A stretch of 64,000 bases of DNA from Octopus bimaculoides (Eukaryota): the NCBI RefSeq assembly GCF_001194135.2, contig NC_068999.1:48468594-48532593 (forward strand). Direction: 5' to 3'. Every line of letters begins with the position of its first letter. Within the stretch, counting starts at the first letter, position 1. The translations under genes and the position numbers were made by a program. The notes under the pieces were generated by a model. It was not told where the DNA came from and searched no databases. It saw nothing but the letters and a program-made list of their open reading frames with translations. Positions 51,579-64,000 of this stretch are shown here, piece by piece.

Positions 51579-52469
51579 CTGCAAATAAACCAATCAAAAG
51601 TCTTGAGAAACTGAGCAACAGTAACAAAAAGCAATAAAATCAAATGTTCCTTTTTTTCTGGAAGACACAACTTTATCATTTTGTTGTGTCTAGGGAGAGT
51701 CATCATGCCCATATAATTAACACACACACACTGGTTCAATTCCACTTATTTATTAATAGATTTAATTTAATAAATGAGTGTAACTGACCCAGTATGTGTG
51801 TTAAATATATTGGTGTAATAACTCTTCCTAGACGCAACAAAATATGTTTCAAAACACGAATTCACATAAAGAATCTTGCAAACCAGATACAAAAACGAAG
51901 TACAACTTTATCATCTAATGGCGTCCAATTTGAAACGGATCTTCGAACCCTTGTACCAGCAAATCAATATCCAAATCAATAAACTGGACTATTTGCTGAT
52001 GTGTTCGTAGTTCTTGTTTCACCAGCAACCTTGTTGAAGTGTTTGTGCCAACATCAACTTCACGAGCAGGCTGTTCCGTCAATCGAATTGACTGGAACAC
52101 TCATCATCGTAACCGACGGACTGTCCAGCCCCTATATTTTGTCTCACAACTTTTATGCAAACACGGATCTTACTATTTGGTTATCCTGCAGGATACATAC
52201 CTGTCTTACGTCTACGTCCACCTCAGAGGTATTAGTAACAGTTGTAGACGTGATGAAATCGTTGTGATGATAATTGAAACCGTTCTCAGATAAAGTTCAC
52301 TCAACGCACATCATCTCACTCATCTTACAACAAAGAGAGAAGATGCAGTAAAAAAGAAAAAAGAGAGAGGAAAAGAAAGAAAAAAGAAAAAATGGAGAAA
52401 AGAAATGAAGGAGAGAAAGCGGAAGGGAATTGTTTACTTCTACACTTCACTACTCGTATACATACTAAC

Positions 52470-52803
52470 CTTATGAGAAGCCGGAATAGGACGGACATGA
52501 TGGTTGCTCCTACACCTATTGCTGTCATGGCTATCAATTCAGCAATTTCTCGTCGCCGGCAGAAATATCGACCGAGCATGATATTGGCCGTTGTAGACGT
52601 AATTCCGCACCCGACGGAAAACACTAGACTGTGACTGATGTACATATGCTGCATTTGGTTTGAAAAGGCCATAAAGAGGCAACCAAGAGACGAAACCATG
52701 CCCCCAATAATGGCACACATGCGAGGAGATTTCCGTCGGCAGATCACTGTGAAAATGGGGCATACGAGCAACGTCACGCTAAGACCAGCGCTTCCGACGC
52801 GAG
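52470..52803 (-). CDS. SLC16/MCT-like transporter exon (TM2-TM5); upstream exon(s) not located
   Basis: atttcag acceptor and AG|GTTAGT donor. Encodes [34 protein letters not shown]...SVGCG...[14 protein letters not shown]..., with the MCT 'YFxKRRxxA' signature after TM4. Confidence 0.9.
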
Positions 52804-53084
52804 CTGAAATATAATAGAAAGGAAGACATACGTAAATTAAACTGGCAAAAGAAAAAATAATCTTTTTTTTTAATGTCTAATTTTTGTCTGAATTTCTGAA
52901 AAGGAAAATCATCATCATCATCACCATCATCATCATTATTATTCTTATTAAGGCGACGAGCTGGCAGAATCGTTAGCACCCCTTCCGGGCTCGATAACTT
53001 AAGTACCAGTGAAACACTGCGGGTTGATGTAACCGACAAGTCCTCTCACCTCAAATATCAGGCCTTGTGCCTTTAGTAGAAAAG

Positions 53085-53125
<41 letters not shown>

Positions 53126-54044
53126 GGCGGCAAGCTGACTGAATCATTAGCACGCCGGGCAAGAGGCTTAGTGTAATATGACACGTACAGAAAGTCTTTG
53201 TTAGAAACTTCACATTTGGGTTAATTTTTTACATATCATATACATATTCAGGTGTCGTGGTGTGTCTTCGATCATTCCAGGTTGAATACGCAGTCGTGAA
53301 AACAGCTATTAGGAGAGTGTACGCCAACTCGACTCGAGACACTCTGAATACGGCGAGAGTGGAGAACGTCATGGCGACTCTGACGTCTGCGACACTCTGC
53401 GAGATTGGCGGCAAATTTGACTGTACTTATAAGCTGTGTTCACGGGAAGTCTAGACGAGCCGCCAGACTTATCACATGAATAACAGCCGTTCATTGGATA
53501 AAAATTGGGTTTGCGCACAAGATCGAATTGTGATTTCTATGTGGCAAAACGTGGGATCGAATCCAATTCTATGGATCCAAAGGTAAACAGCCACTCAAAT
53601 TCAAAGAGGTTAGTAGTGGTTTGTGTCTGGAAACAAAAATAAATTCCACTAAGTTTAGAAAATGGAAAATGTGCCGAGAGAGAAGAGAGCGTTAATATTT
53701 TGGACCGGGTCCTATTTCCAAAGAACGATCAATGTTCTTAATGCTTCAGTTCAATTAGTTGTAAATAGGTAGTGTTTGATGGTAATTACTTGTTAATAGG
53801 TATTATATGACCGCAATTAGTTGTAAATAGGTATTATATTAATTATATCGATTGCTGTAAGCAGAGGTCATTGAATAATTAAAGCAGCAATTAGTCGTTA
53901 GTGTTAGCGGATCGGATAGCATACTGTGCCGTATTTTCCTGCATTCTGTGTTCGATTCTTTCTGAGATCGATTTTGCCTTTTATTTCTTCGGGGCCGGTA
54001 AATAAAACACCATTGAAATACTGGGGACCAACTTCTCTTCCATA

Positions 54045-54098
<54 letters not shown>

Positions 54099-55607
54099 CT
54101 TTTGGAATCGGTTTTGTTAAGGAGCTAATAAAGCGGCGTTCATATGGCAACACCTCCTAATTACTTCGCCTCCATGTCATAGAAACGACAAGCAAGAAAG
54201 AATTGTATAATTTCTCTTCGTTATGTTAGAGGTTAAAAATTTGACCACGAAGATCGTAAAAAGAATGCATGACGTTCACAAGTTTCTGTACGACGTTAAT
54301 AACGTGAGCTAAAATAAGCTTTCATAGAAAATTAAAACCAAGTTGTCGACTCCTTTTTAAAAGCTTATTACATCTTGACCTATGCATCCACCCTTAGAAC
54401 ACTGATTAGTTTGCAGTCCTAAACTAAAATTTTCTTTAGACAAAACAAGTTTATTATACTTAGTGAAGTGTTATGGTGAGAGAAATATCGATGAGAAATA
54501 CGAAAAATAATAATAAAAAAACCTGCAGAACGCCAAATCAGACGTGATATGGTGATGTTATTACAAGTTTGGTACCTTATATAAGTGATCGACCTCACCA
54601 CCACTTCTATAAACGATAAAGAAGGAATCAAAGATGTAATTTTAATATAGATTTTTTTGCGGCGGGTGAAAATTCGTTTCATATTTCAACATATTGAATT
54701 AATTGAAAAATTTATTTCCGTAAAAAAAAAAATTTTATTTTATTAGAAAGCATTCTCCCCACCACCATATATATATAATATATAATATAATATTATATAT
54801 ATATANNNNNNNNNNNNNNNNNNNNNNNNNNNNNNNNNNNNNNNNNNNNNNNNNNNNNNNNNNNNNNNNNNNNNNNNNNNNNNNNNNNNNNNNNNNNNNN
54901 NNNNNNNNNNNNNNNNNNNNNNNNNNNNNNNNNNNNNNNNNNNNNNNNNNNNNNNNNNNNNNNNNNNNNNNNNNNNNNNNNNNNNNNNNNNNNNNNNNNN
55001 NNNNNNNNNNNNNNNNNNNNNNNNNNNNNNNNNNNNNNNNNNNNNNNNNNNNNNNNNNNNNNNNNNNNNNNNNNNNNNNNNNNNNNNNNNNNNNNNNNNN
55101 NNNNNNNNNNNNNNNNNNNNNNNNNNNNNNNNNNNNNNNNNNNNNNNNNNNNNNNNNNNNNNNNNNNNNNNNNNNNNNNNNNNNNNNNNNNNNNNNNNNN
55201 NNNNNNNNNNNNNNNNNNNNNNNNNNNNNNNNNNNNNNNNNNNNNNNNNNNNNNNNNNNNNNNNNNNNNNNNNNNNNNNNNNNNNNNNNNNNNNNNNNNN
55301 NNNNNNNNNNNNNNNNNNNNNNNNNNNNNNNNNNNNNNNNNNNNNNNNNNNNNNNNNNNNNNNNNNNNNNNNNNNNNNNNNNNNNNNNNNNNNNNNNNNN
55401 NNNNNNNNNNNNNNNNNNNNNNNNNNNNNNNNNNNNNNNNNNNNNNNNNNNNNNNNNNNNNNNNNNNNNNNNNNNNNNNNNNNNNNNNNNNNNNNNNNNN
55501 NNNNNNNNNNNNNNNNNNNNNNNNNNNNNNNNNNNNNNNNNNNNNNNNNNNNNNNNNNNNNNNNNNNNNNNNNNNNNNNNNNNNNNNNNNNNNNNNNNNN
55601 NNNNNNN

Positions 55608-55693
<86 letters not shown>

Positions 55694-56591
55694 TGATGAT
55701 GATGACGATGATGTTATTATTATTATTATTGGCCGGTACATATACACACATACATACATATGTGTGTGTGTAGGTGTGTGTATATGTGTGTGTGTCTTTG
55801 TGTTTCTGTTTGTTCTCCACACCGATCACTTGACAACTGGTGACGGTTTGTTTACGCCCTTGTCACTTAGCGGCTCGACAAAAGACACCGATAGCATAAG
55901 TACCAGACTTAACAAAAATAAATAAATAAATAAATAAATAGATGGATAAAAACAATAAACACTGGGATTCGATTTGTTCAAGTTGTTATCCCAGCATGGC
56001 CGCAGGATAACATAAAAGATTTACGTCTGCACCATCATATCATGTGCAAATCTCAGTCGCGTAAATACAATTCTTTACTCGCGTACGCATGTGCACGCAG
56101 ATGCATGCTGCGTGCACATGCGAAATACAAACGTTCAGCATGCAACATGCAGCGTGTCTTTACCATTCGCCCAATCATTTAAATGAAACGTACAAATTCT
56201 AATTGACCCAATCAGTATGTGTTACACTAAAATCCATTGGTGTTTCCCCGAGAAGAGAAAAACCGGAGAAAAAGCAGATGTGTAGGGGGGGGGGGGGGTT
56301 TAGCTCGCGCTGTTGCCGCTGCTGCTACTTCTATAAACTACTTCCTTTAAGTCTAAATATGGAGTGAATTTCCTTTTTTGGCTTTAGCTACCAGTTTTGC
56401 AGTAGTATTGCCATCTACGTAGAAATAGCGACTGCATACGTCTTTAGACACAGACACACATACACACACACTCACATACACACGCATATATACACACACA
56501 AATACACACACATACACACGCATATATACACACACATCGCATACCCCTCCTTTTTTTTGACAATTGCACACACGTTTTAGCCATGCACCCC

Positions 56592-56629
<38 letters not shown>

Positions 56630-56640
56630 GAATATCTATC

Positions 56641-56689
<49 letters not shown>

Positions 56690-56830
56690 GTATGTATGCA
56701 TGTATGAATTTGTGTCTGTGTGTTCGTAGCTTGTTGCACGGAAATATATGCTCAATATCACGTGTTGAATTCTTTTTTTTAATCTCTTTTGACCGTCTTG
56801 TCTTTCACCGAACGTATTTGTGCAAGCTCG

Positions 56831-56864
<34 letters not shown>

Positions 56865-56984
56865 CACACACACACACACGCACACACACGCACACATACA
56901 TGCATGCATACATACATACATACATGCATGCATGCATGCATACACATACACGGGTGCGCGCCCGAGCGCGCGCGTACACACGTA

Positions 56985-57209
56985 TATAGGAGGTGGTGCT
57001 GAAAAGTTCCTGGCTTTAAGGGTGTCGTGAAATGCCTGGCTGGAGGCCCGACCCTCTGAGTTCTTTTCCAGGGCTTAAAGAAACTGAAGGACCGCTGCAA
57101 TAAGTGCGTGAATCTGAGACGGGAATATATTAAATAAAATCATAATTAACAGATCCCCCTGTGTTTTCCTTTACCCAAAGCCAGGAACTTTTCAAGACCC
57201 CTTCGTATA
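56985..57209 (+). mobile_element. Internally deleted mariner-like element
   Basis: TIR core TGAAAAGTTCCTGGCTTT (57000-57017) has a perfect inverted copy at 57177-57194, with TA-flanked ends. The interior encodes LKDRCNKCVNLRREYIK*, like the mariner 'RWxKCVxxxGxY' C-terminus. Confidence 0.8.
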
Positions 57210-57236
57210 TATGTACATAGGTATGCATACGCGCAC

Positions 57237-57278
<42 letters not shown>

Positions 57279-58200
57279 GTATATATATATAAATGTATGT
57301 ATGCATATGTATGCATATGCATGTATATATATAATGAATATATGCATATATATATATGGGAAACAGGACACAGTAGTGTGTCGATAAGCCAGCTGGAGGA
57401 AATGTCCTCCTGCGGCTAAAGCAACAGTAACATCCACCCCTAGGGGTCAGCCACACTTAAGTGGCAATACACTTCACTATNNNNNNNNNNNNNNNNNNNN
57501 NNNNNNNNNNNNNNNNNNNNNNNNNNNNNNNNNNNNNNNNNNNNNNNNNNNNNNNNNNNNNNNNNATATATATATATATATATACGTAGGTATATAGGAG
57601 GTGTGCGTGTTTGTGTGAATGTGTACATACTATAAACTACGCATTGTATGCATGTGCGTTTAGACATGCTCGCATAAAGGCAGACATACAAATATTGCAT
57701 ACATAGATGCGTACATACATGCATGCATACACGTATACATACATAGATGCATACGTGTAGACGTATATGATTTAGATAGGTGTATAGATAGGCGCACATA
57801 TATTCTAAATCTGCAAATAAATCATCGGCTTTGAAATATGTAGAAGGGATTCCTTACGAGCGATCCGTAACATTTAGGGGTGATACGAAGGCAAGAGAAA
57901 GAAAGGGTAAGCGAGAGAGGGATACAGTGAACAGAAGAAAGAAAGAGAAAGAGAGAGGGAGAGAGAGAACGAAAGAGAGAATAGAAGTAGGGATGAAGAT
58001 ATATACGCAAGTGCCTTTCTTAAGAGTTGTAGTGTGTTAGGGTAAAAGCGAAATGGCTACACATAAGAATTAGTTCCTAGAACCAGGCTGTGGACGAAGA
58101 AAAACTAATCATAAATAGTTTGGCAAGTTTCATGTGTATATATATATTAAGGCGGTGCTACAGCATGGCAGCGGTGAAATGACTGAAACAAGTAAGACGT

Positions 58201-58465
<265 letters not shown>

Positions 58466-58969
58466 GTGTGTGTATGCGTATTTTATTATTAATCGACAAA
58501 AGTTTCGGAGTGGCCTAAAGGCCGAGAGTCTGGTGCATTGGTAAGTGCCAATGTATGCAAGTCTCGACCCTTCGGTCACTGTAGCTTCTGCTTACAGACA
58601 GACAGACAGACAGACAAACACACACACACATGCAAGTGTGCGAACTCTTGACCCTTCCGCCACTCTATAGCTTCTGCTTATACAAGCACTCACACACACA
58701 CATATATGCATGTGTGCGCGCATGCGTAATAATTTGCCATGCATGGACATCGTGTTCAGTGAGATGGCGGCTTGTATCGGCTGTAGAACTTGAAACAGGT
58801 GTTTTTATTTACGAACCTCTTGAGGATGATAGGCAGTGTCACATTGTGTAGGATTTGAACTCAGATCATAAAAGGGAGTAAATATTTCCTTACGCGGTAT
58901 TTTATCCGCGCCTCTACCGTTTCCGCCAGCTCCCGCCATAGGTATACATACTTATACACGTGTGTGTGT

Positions 58970-59000
<31 letters not shown>

Positions 59001-60515
59001 TAAGAGTCAGAAGTGACATTGTGAAACATGGAGAGAATTCGTGTGGGTGAGAGAGGTAGAGAGAGAGAGACGAAGTGAGAAGGAGAGAGAGAGAGGGGAG
59101 AAAAAGACAGGCGGATGGAGACGGTAAAAAATGGCTGGACAGAAGTAGTTGTCGGCGAACCTTTGATTGGTCAGTCTCGGGACAATGGGAAGTGAGTTGG
59201 ACCAGAGTTGTAATGACGTCAATCCAACATTCAGTTGTAAAATCGTAAAATGGTTTTTCGATTCGAGAGAGTACAGGTGAAAAATTACGATTAAAAAGAG
59301 GGTGAAAGGGAAAGCTATAGAAAGTGTGTGAGGAGAGAGTGAGAGAGAAGAAAGGTAAACATAGGAAGAGAGAGAGAGAGAGAGAGAAAATTGAAAGAAA
59401 TAAGAGGAAAACAGCAGAGACAGGGAAGAGAGAGAGAGAGTGTGTGTGTGTAAAGGATATGGAGAGGAAGAGAAAGATGTAGAAATAGAAAGAGTGAAGC
59501 GACATAGAATAAACAACAAAGAAAATAACGAAAGAGTAAGATGCAGAGACTAAAAGAGAAAATAGTGATAGATAGAGAGAGAGAGAGAGAGAGATGGAGG
59601 GAGAGAGAGGAGGACTAAGAAATGTGAATATTTATATACATACATATACATATGCATGGTGTGTTTGTGTTTGTGTGTGTGTGTGTGTGTGTGTGCAGAC
59701 ACACAAACTTATATACACAATTACTACGTCCCTCAAAATACCTTTGTACCGTAGAAAGAAACAATATTTAATGTAGAACGTATTGTTTATTTAAAATTAA
59801 AATTAATAATATATTACAATTAAATATTTATGTATCTACATGTACTTTGCGTGGAAATTGTTGCACGCACACACACACACACACACACNNNNNNNNNNNN
59901 NNNNNNNNNNNNNNNNNNNNNNNNNNTTTAGCAACCCTAATTCTTCAATCCCTCTACCCCCTACCTCCCTCCTCTCCTTCCACGTGGCCGGTGTTCGGCC
60001 AAGCTTGACCTTTCTTTCGTGGTTCGACTACCATCCGTGTAACATCTCTTACATACCTTCCCATAACTTTCATCTTCTATGTTCCTGCCGTAAGGCTTCA
60101 CTTCCACACTCGCAGTTTCGGCCAGTTACTCTCGAGACTGCTCTAATCTGGCTGGCCCCAAGAAAATCAAAGCTAAGAGAACTAGATTCTTTGGAAGAAA
60201 GCAAGCGAATGTATACGAAAACAAGGACAAAAAAACGGAGAAATGGTACACAATTACAAATACAAACAACAGGACATTATCAACAGGTGTCTTTCGACTA
60301 CGGACGAATTAAATTAAGCTTGTGGGCAATAAAGAAATAAGAATTGAACTGGAGACAGATAAATCACAAAGTTTAATGACACCAATATAGTTTAAACTGT
60401 CAAAAGTTGTCCAACATCACGACGTAGAAAGAATTACATGGATAAAACAATTCTATATTTCCGAGATGAGGAATTTATGTTATGCATACTGTATATATTA
60501 GTCAGACTGATGTCC

Positions 60516-60671
60516 TCATCTTGTTTGTTGCTTTCACTTCGTTTCGGCTGTTGTATACTCCAACCTTCTTCAGGTGTCATGTGTCGATACAACAACCGGG
60601 TTCATCGCAAGATACCTGAAGAAGATTGGATCATACAACAGCCGAAACGTAATGAGACCACAATCAAGATG
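60516..60671. ncRNA. Inverted pair of minimal type I hammerhead-ribozyme-like motifs (Penelope-like element terminal repeat)
   Basis: Plus copy: CTGAAGA (60616-60622), stem II, GAAAC GTA (60644-60651). Minus copy: CTGAAGA (60573-60567), GGTTG/CAGCC stem, GAAAC. The arms are inverted repeats with a 36-bp core carrying 3 mismatches. Confidence 0.55.
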
Positions 60672-61145
60672 AAATGCCAGTTCGACCAATATAAACAGTG
60701 TACATTATTATATGGACGTAAAATCTATTGTCTTCACCTTAATAATGAGAGAAAGCGAGGAGGAGAGGCAAAGATTTGATTTTTAGCTTTTTTGGCGGTG
60801 ATGGTGGTGGTGGTGGTGGGCGGCTCAAATATTTGTCATTTTGAGAACCTGTGTATTTGTTATGAAAGAGACCAATAGTAATTTTGAAGCAGAATGGTTT
60901 TCAAGAAACAAATTCAGCAAGCTGTTGTTGCTGTTGTTGTTGTTTAGCCCCATGCCAACTTCGATCCAGAAGACCTATAATGGAAAGACCTCCCAGTCGT
61001 GACCACTTCGTCTTTTATTATTATTATTGTTCAGTAGTTTTATTTTTATAACGTGCTTTCACTTCACTACCGAGCGCAGCTCTGTGCGCCTTGGGTATGT
61101 GCTGTGGTTTGCTGTGATGCTCTTATGGTTACTGTATTGAAAGTG

Positions 61146-61203
<58 letters not shown>

Positions 61204-61770
61204 GTTTATATAGAGGACTGGAAACTCAGCAGAAATGTAATAGATAGAGAGATGAGTTCTTAACTTTTGTATACGATTGCCAAATTCCATCACTAAGGTA
61301 AACATAGCTGACGTAATCCATCACTACGGCCAACTCAATGACAAAAAGCGCAACTCGTTTACTTTAGTGATGGGATTTTAGCACCCCTCGTATACACACA
61401 CACATATACATATATACACATACATACATATACACGCCAATGATATAAATAATAGTAAAATATTAAGTATTTATGTAAATATATTAATCTATAGTATTGA
61501 AGAGGCTAATGATATATTTTAAACGTGGGAATGCAACAAAACTGGAACCTGGCAGAATGTCAGTCACATGGAACAAAATCAACGGTTAACTGTGCCGAGA
61601 GCCAATGACAATAATACGGTAGTGACTTTCGGTAGAGGTGTCTGATGGTCAACTGTACGGAATTGTGAACTCGAGTGTGTTGTAATCTGTACTTTAAGCC
61701 AAACAGTCATAGCGATAACATTCATCGTCATAAAACACCTCAAAAATTTGAAATATAATATAATATATAA

Positions 61771-61802
61771 TACTAGCAGAAATACCCGGCTTTGCCCGGG
61801 TT
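61771..61802 (+). mobile_element. Possible 5' end of a non-autonomous Helitron/Helentron-type element
   Basis: T-ACTAGC start followed by a short GC hairpin ACCCGGC-TTT-GCCCGGGT. The other end was not identified and a gap follows at 62128. Confidence 0.4.
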
Positions 61803-63488
61803 AAAGAGAATAATGAAATCTAAAAACGCCGTCTAGACTACGCAACCCTCAACTGTTAGTAGCTACGATACCATATTTCTACATTAATAACTCTCCAATC
61901 CATGCCAGCATGGAACATAGACATTAAGTGGAATGCCAGTCTCTCATCTAGGAGGGCCTTGAAATCAATGTTACCAACTGGGGACTATGTGTGTCGCAGT
62001 GATAATAAAAAGACCCAAAGGAGGTCTGCAACGAAATAATTTTACTCAACACTTTGCAAGTGAATCAGTGGAGGCAAAGATGCGTCTCATTTACTTGACA
62101 ATTTATGCACCACATTGCAGAAATCACNNNNNNNNNNNNNNNNNNNNNNNNNNNNNNNNNNNNNNNNNNNNNNNNNNNNNNNNNNNNNNNNNNNNNNNNN
62201 NNNNNNNNNNNNNNNNNNNNNNNNNNNNNNNNNNNNNNNNNNNNNNNNNNNNNNNNNNNNNNNNNNNNNNNNNNNNNNNNNNNNNNNNNNNNNNNNNNNN
62301 NNNNNNNNNNNNNNNNNNNNNNNNNNNNNNNNNNNNNNNNNNNNNNNNNNNNNNNNNNNNNNNNNNNNNNNNNNNNNNNNNNNNNNNNNNNNNNNNNNNN
62401 NNNNNNNNNNNNNNNNNNNNNNNNNNNNNNNNNNNNNNNNNNNNNNNNNNNNNNNNNNNNNNNNNNNNNNNNNNNNNNNNNNNNNNNNNNNNNNNNNNNN
62501 NNNNNNNNNNNNNNNNNNNNNNNNNNNNNNNNNNNNNNNNNNNNNNNNNNNNNNNNNNNNNNNNNNNNNNNNNNNNNNNNNNNNNNNNNNNNNNNNNNNN
62601 NNNNNNNNNNNNNNNNNNNNNNNNNNNNNNNNNNNNNNNNNNNNNNNNNNNNNNNNNNNNNNNNNNNNNNNNNNNNNNNNNNNNNNNNNNNNNNNNNNNN
62701 NNNNNNNNNNNNNNNNNNNNNNNNNNNNNNNNNNNNNNNNNNNNNNNNNNNNNNNNNNNNNNNNNNNNNNNNNNNNNNNNNNNNNNNNNNNNNNNNNNNN
62801 NNNNNNNNNNNNNNNNNNNNNNNNNNNNNNNNNNNNNNNNNNNNNNNNNNNNNNNNNNNNNNNNNNNNNNNNNNNNNNNNNNNNNNNNNNNNNNNGGTAG
62901 TTTGTCTATCGTTACGTTCTGAGTTCAAATTCCGCCGAGGTCGACTTTGCCTTTCATCCTTTCGAGGTCGATTAAATAAGTTCTGGGGTCGATGTAATCG
63001 AACTTAATCCCTTTGTCTCTCTTTATTCGTCCCCTCTATGTTTAGCCCCACTGTGGACAATAAAGAAATAAATTTAATATAATATAAAGGCGGCGAGCTG
63101 AAAGAATCGTTGGCACGCCGGGAAAAATGTTTGATGGCATTTCGTCCGTCTTTACGTTCTGAGTTCGAATTCCGCCGCGGTCGACTTTTCCTTTCATCCT
63201 TTCGGGGTCGATAAAATAAGCACCAGTTGAACACTTGAGGTCGATGTAATCGACTCAACTTAGCCCCACCACCAACCAAAATTACTGGACTTGTGCCAAA
63301 ATTTGAAATGAATATATATACATATATATATATATTTATATATATACACACGTATATATGAATATACAGTAACGATGCGGGTACTTATGTGTACATGTGT
63401 GTGTTGTATTTATGTATTTGTATGTATGTTTTTCTCTTTTTAATTTAGAGTAAATTTTTAAGAGCTACCGACTTGGTTGGCTGGTATG

Positions 63489-63519
<31 letters not shown>

Positions 63520-64000
63520 GTATGTAGATTGCTAGGTATTGTCAATCATCTCCATTTTTATAGGTATTCAAAATTATTCATTGGTCTATTTTAAACTGTT
63601 GTATGAACTGGAGTAACAAGAAATTGTTTGAACTCTTTATAAAATGAAATTATTTCATATTAACAAAATAAAAAAGTTGATGTTTTAACCGTATAAACAT
63701 GTCTCACTAAATGACAAAAAAAGGGTAGGGAAAAAAATATGATACGAACGTGTATTAGCCTGAGTTTAATTAATTAGAATAAATTAGATTTAACTCAATT
63801 AGTTTAATTTAAGTTATAGGCGCATGCATAGCTGTATGTTTAAGAAGCTCGATTTGCAATCTAGTGGTTTTCGTTTCAGGTCCACTGCGCGGCCCCTTGG
63901 ACAAATGTCTTCCACTATAGCCCTGGGCTGACCAATACTTTGTGCATGAATATGGTTGACAAAAAGAAAAAAAAATGTGAAATCCCTTTATATATATATA

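Noticed and set aside
54138-54151. X-box-like GTTCATATGGCAAC
   Set aside because: Not near a ciliary gene start; it illustrates the chance match rate.
54419-54682. 87-aa minus-strand ORF as transporter exon 1
   Set aside because: No MCT TM1 motif and no donor in the required phase 1.

Overview
AT-rich, microsatellite- and SINE-dense animal genomic DNA with 11 assembly gaps. The repeat landscape looks like an octopod cephalopod, which is an inference from repeat style only. I reconstructed exon by exon: (1) a complete 7-exon USB1 gene (+, 4880-11580, 279 aa); (2) a complete 5-exon PACRG gene (-, 23668-12332, 239 aa), tail-to-tail with USB1; (3) an intronless, C-terminally shortened SARAF/TMEM66-like ORF (+, 28877-29617); (4) 2 kb downstream, an intronless 163-aa ORF (+, 31569-32060) that shares the SARAF-like signal-peptide end and TM segment but has an unrelated Cys-poor N/Q/K-rich luminal region; (5) four exons of an SLC16/MCT-like MFS transporter (-, 52803-47904), first exon not found; (6) a tRNA-Gly(GCC) gene with two stem mismatches (-, 47220-47290). 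Mobile DNA includes a Ty3/gypsy integrase relic, a Chapaev/CMC-like transposase relic, two internally deleted Tc1/mariner elements, several tRNA-derived SINE families and an inverted pair of Penelope-type minimal hammerhead ribozyme motifs (60516-60671). There are no CRISPR arrays, rRNA genes or prokaryotic features. The best leads are the SARAF-derived tandem pair, the hammerhead pair and a pre-miRNA-like hairpin upstream of the 163-aa ORF.
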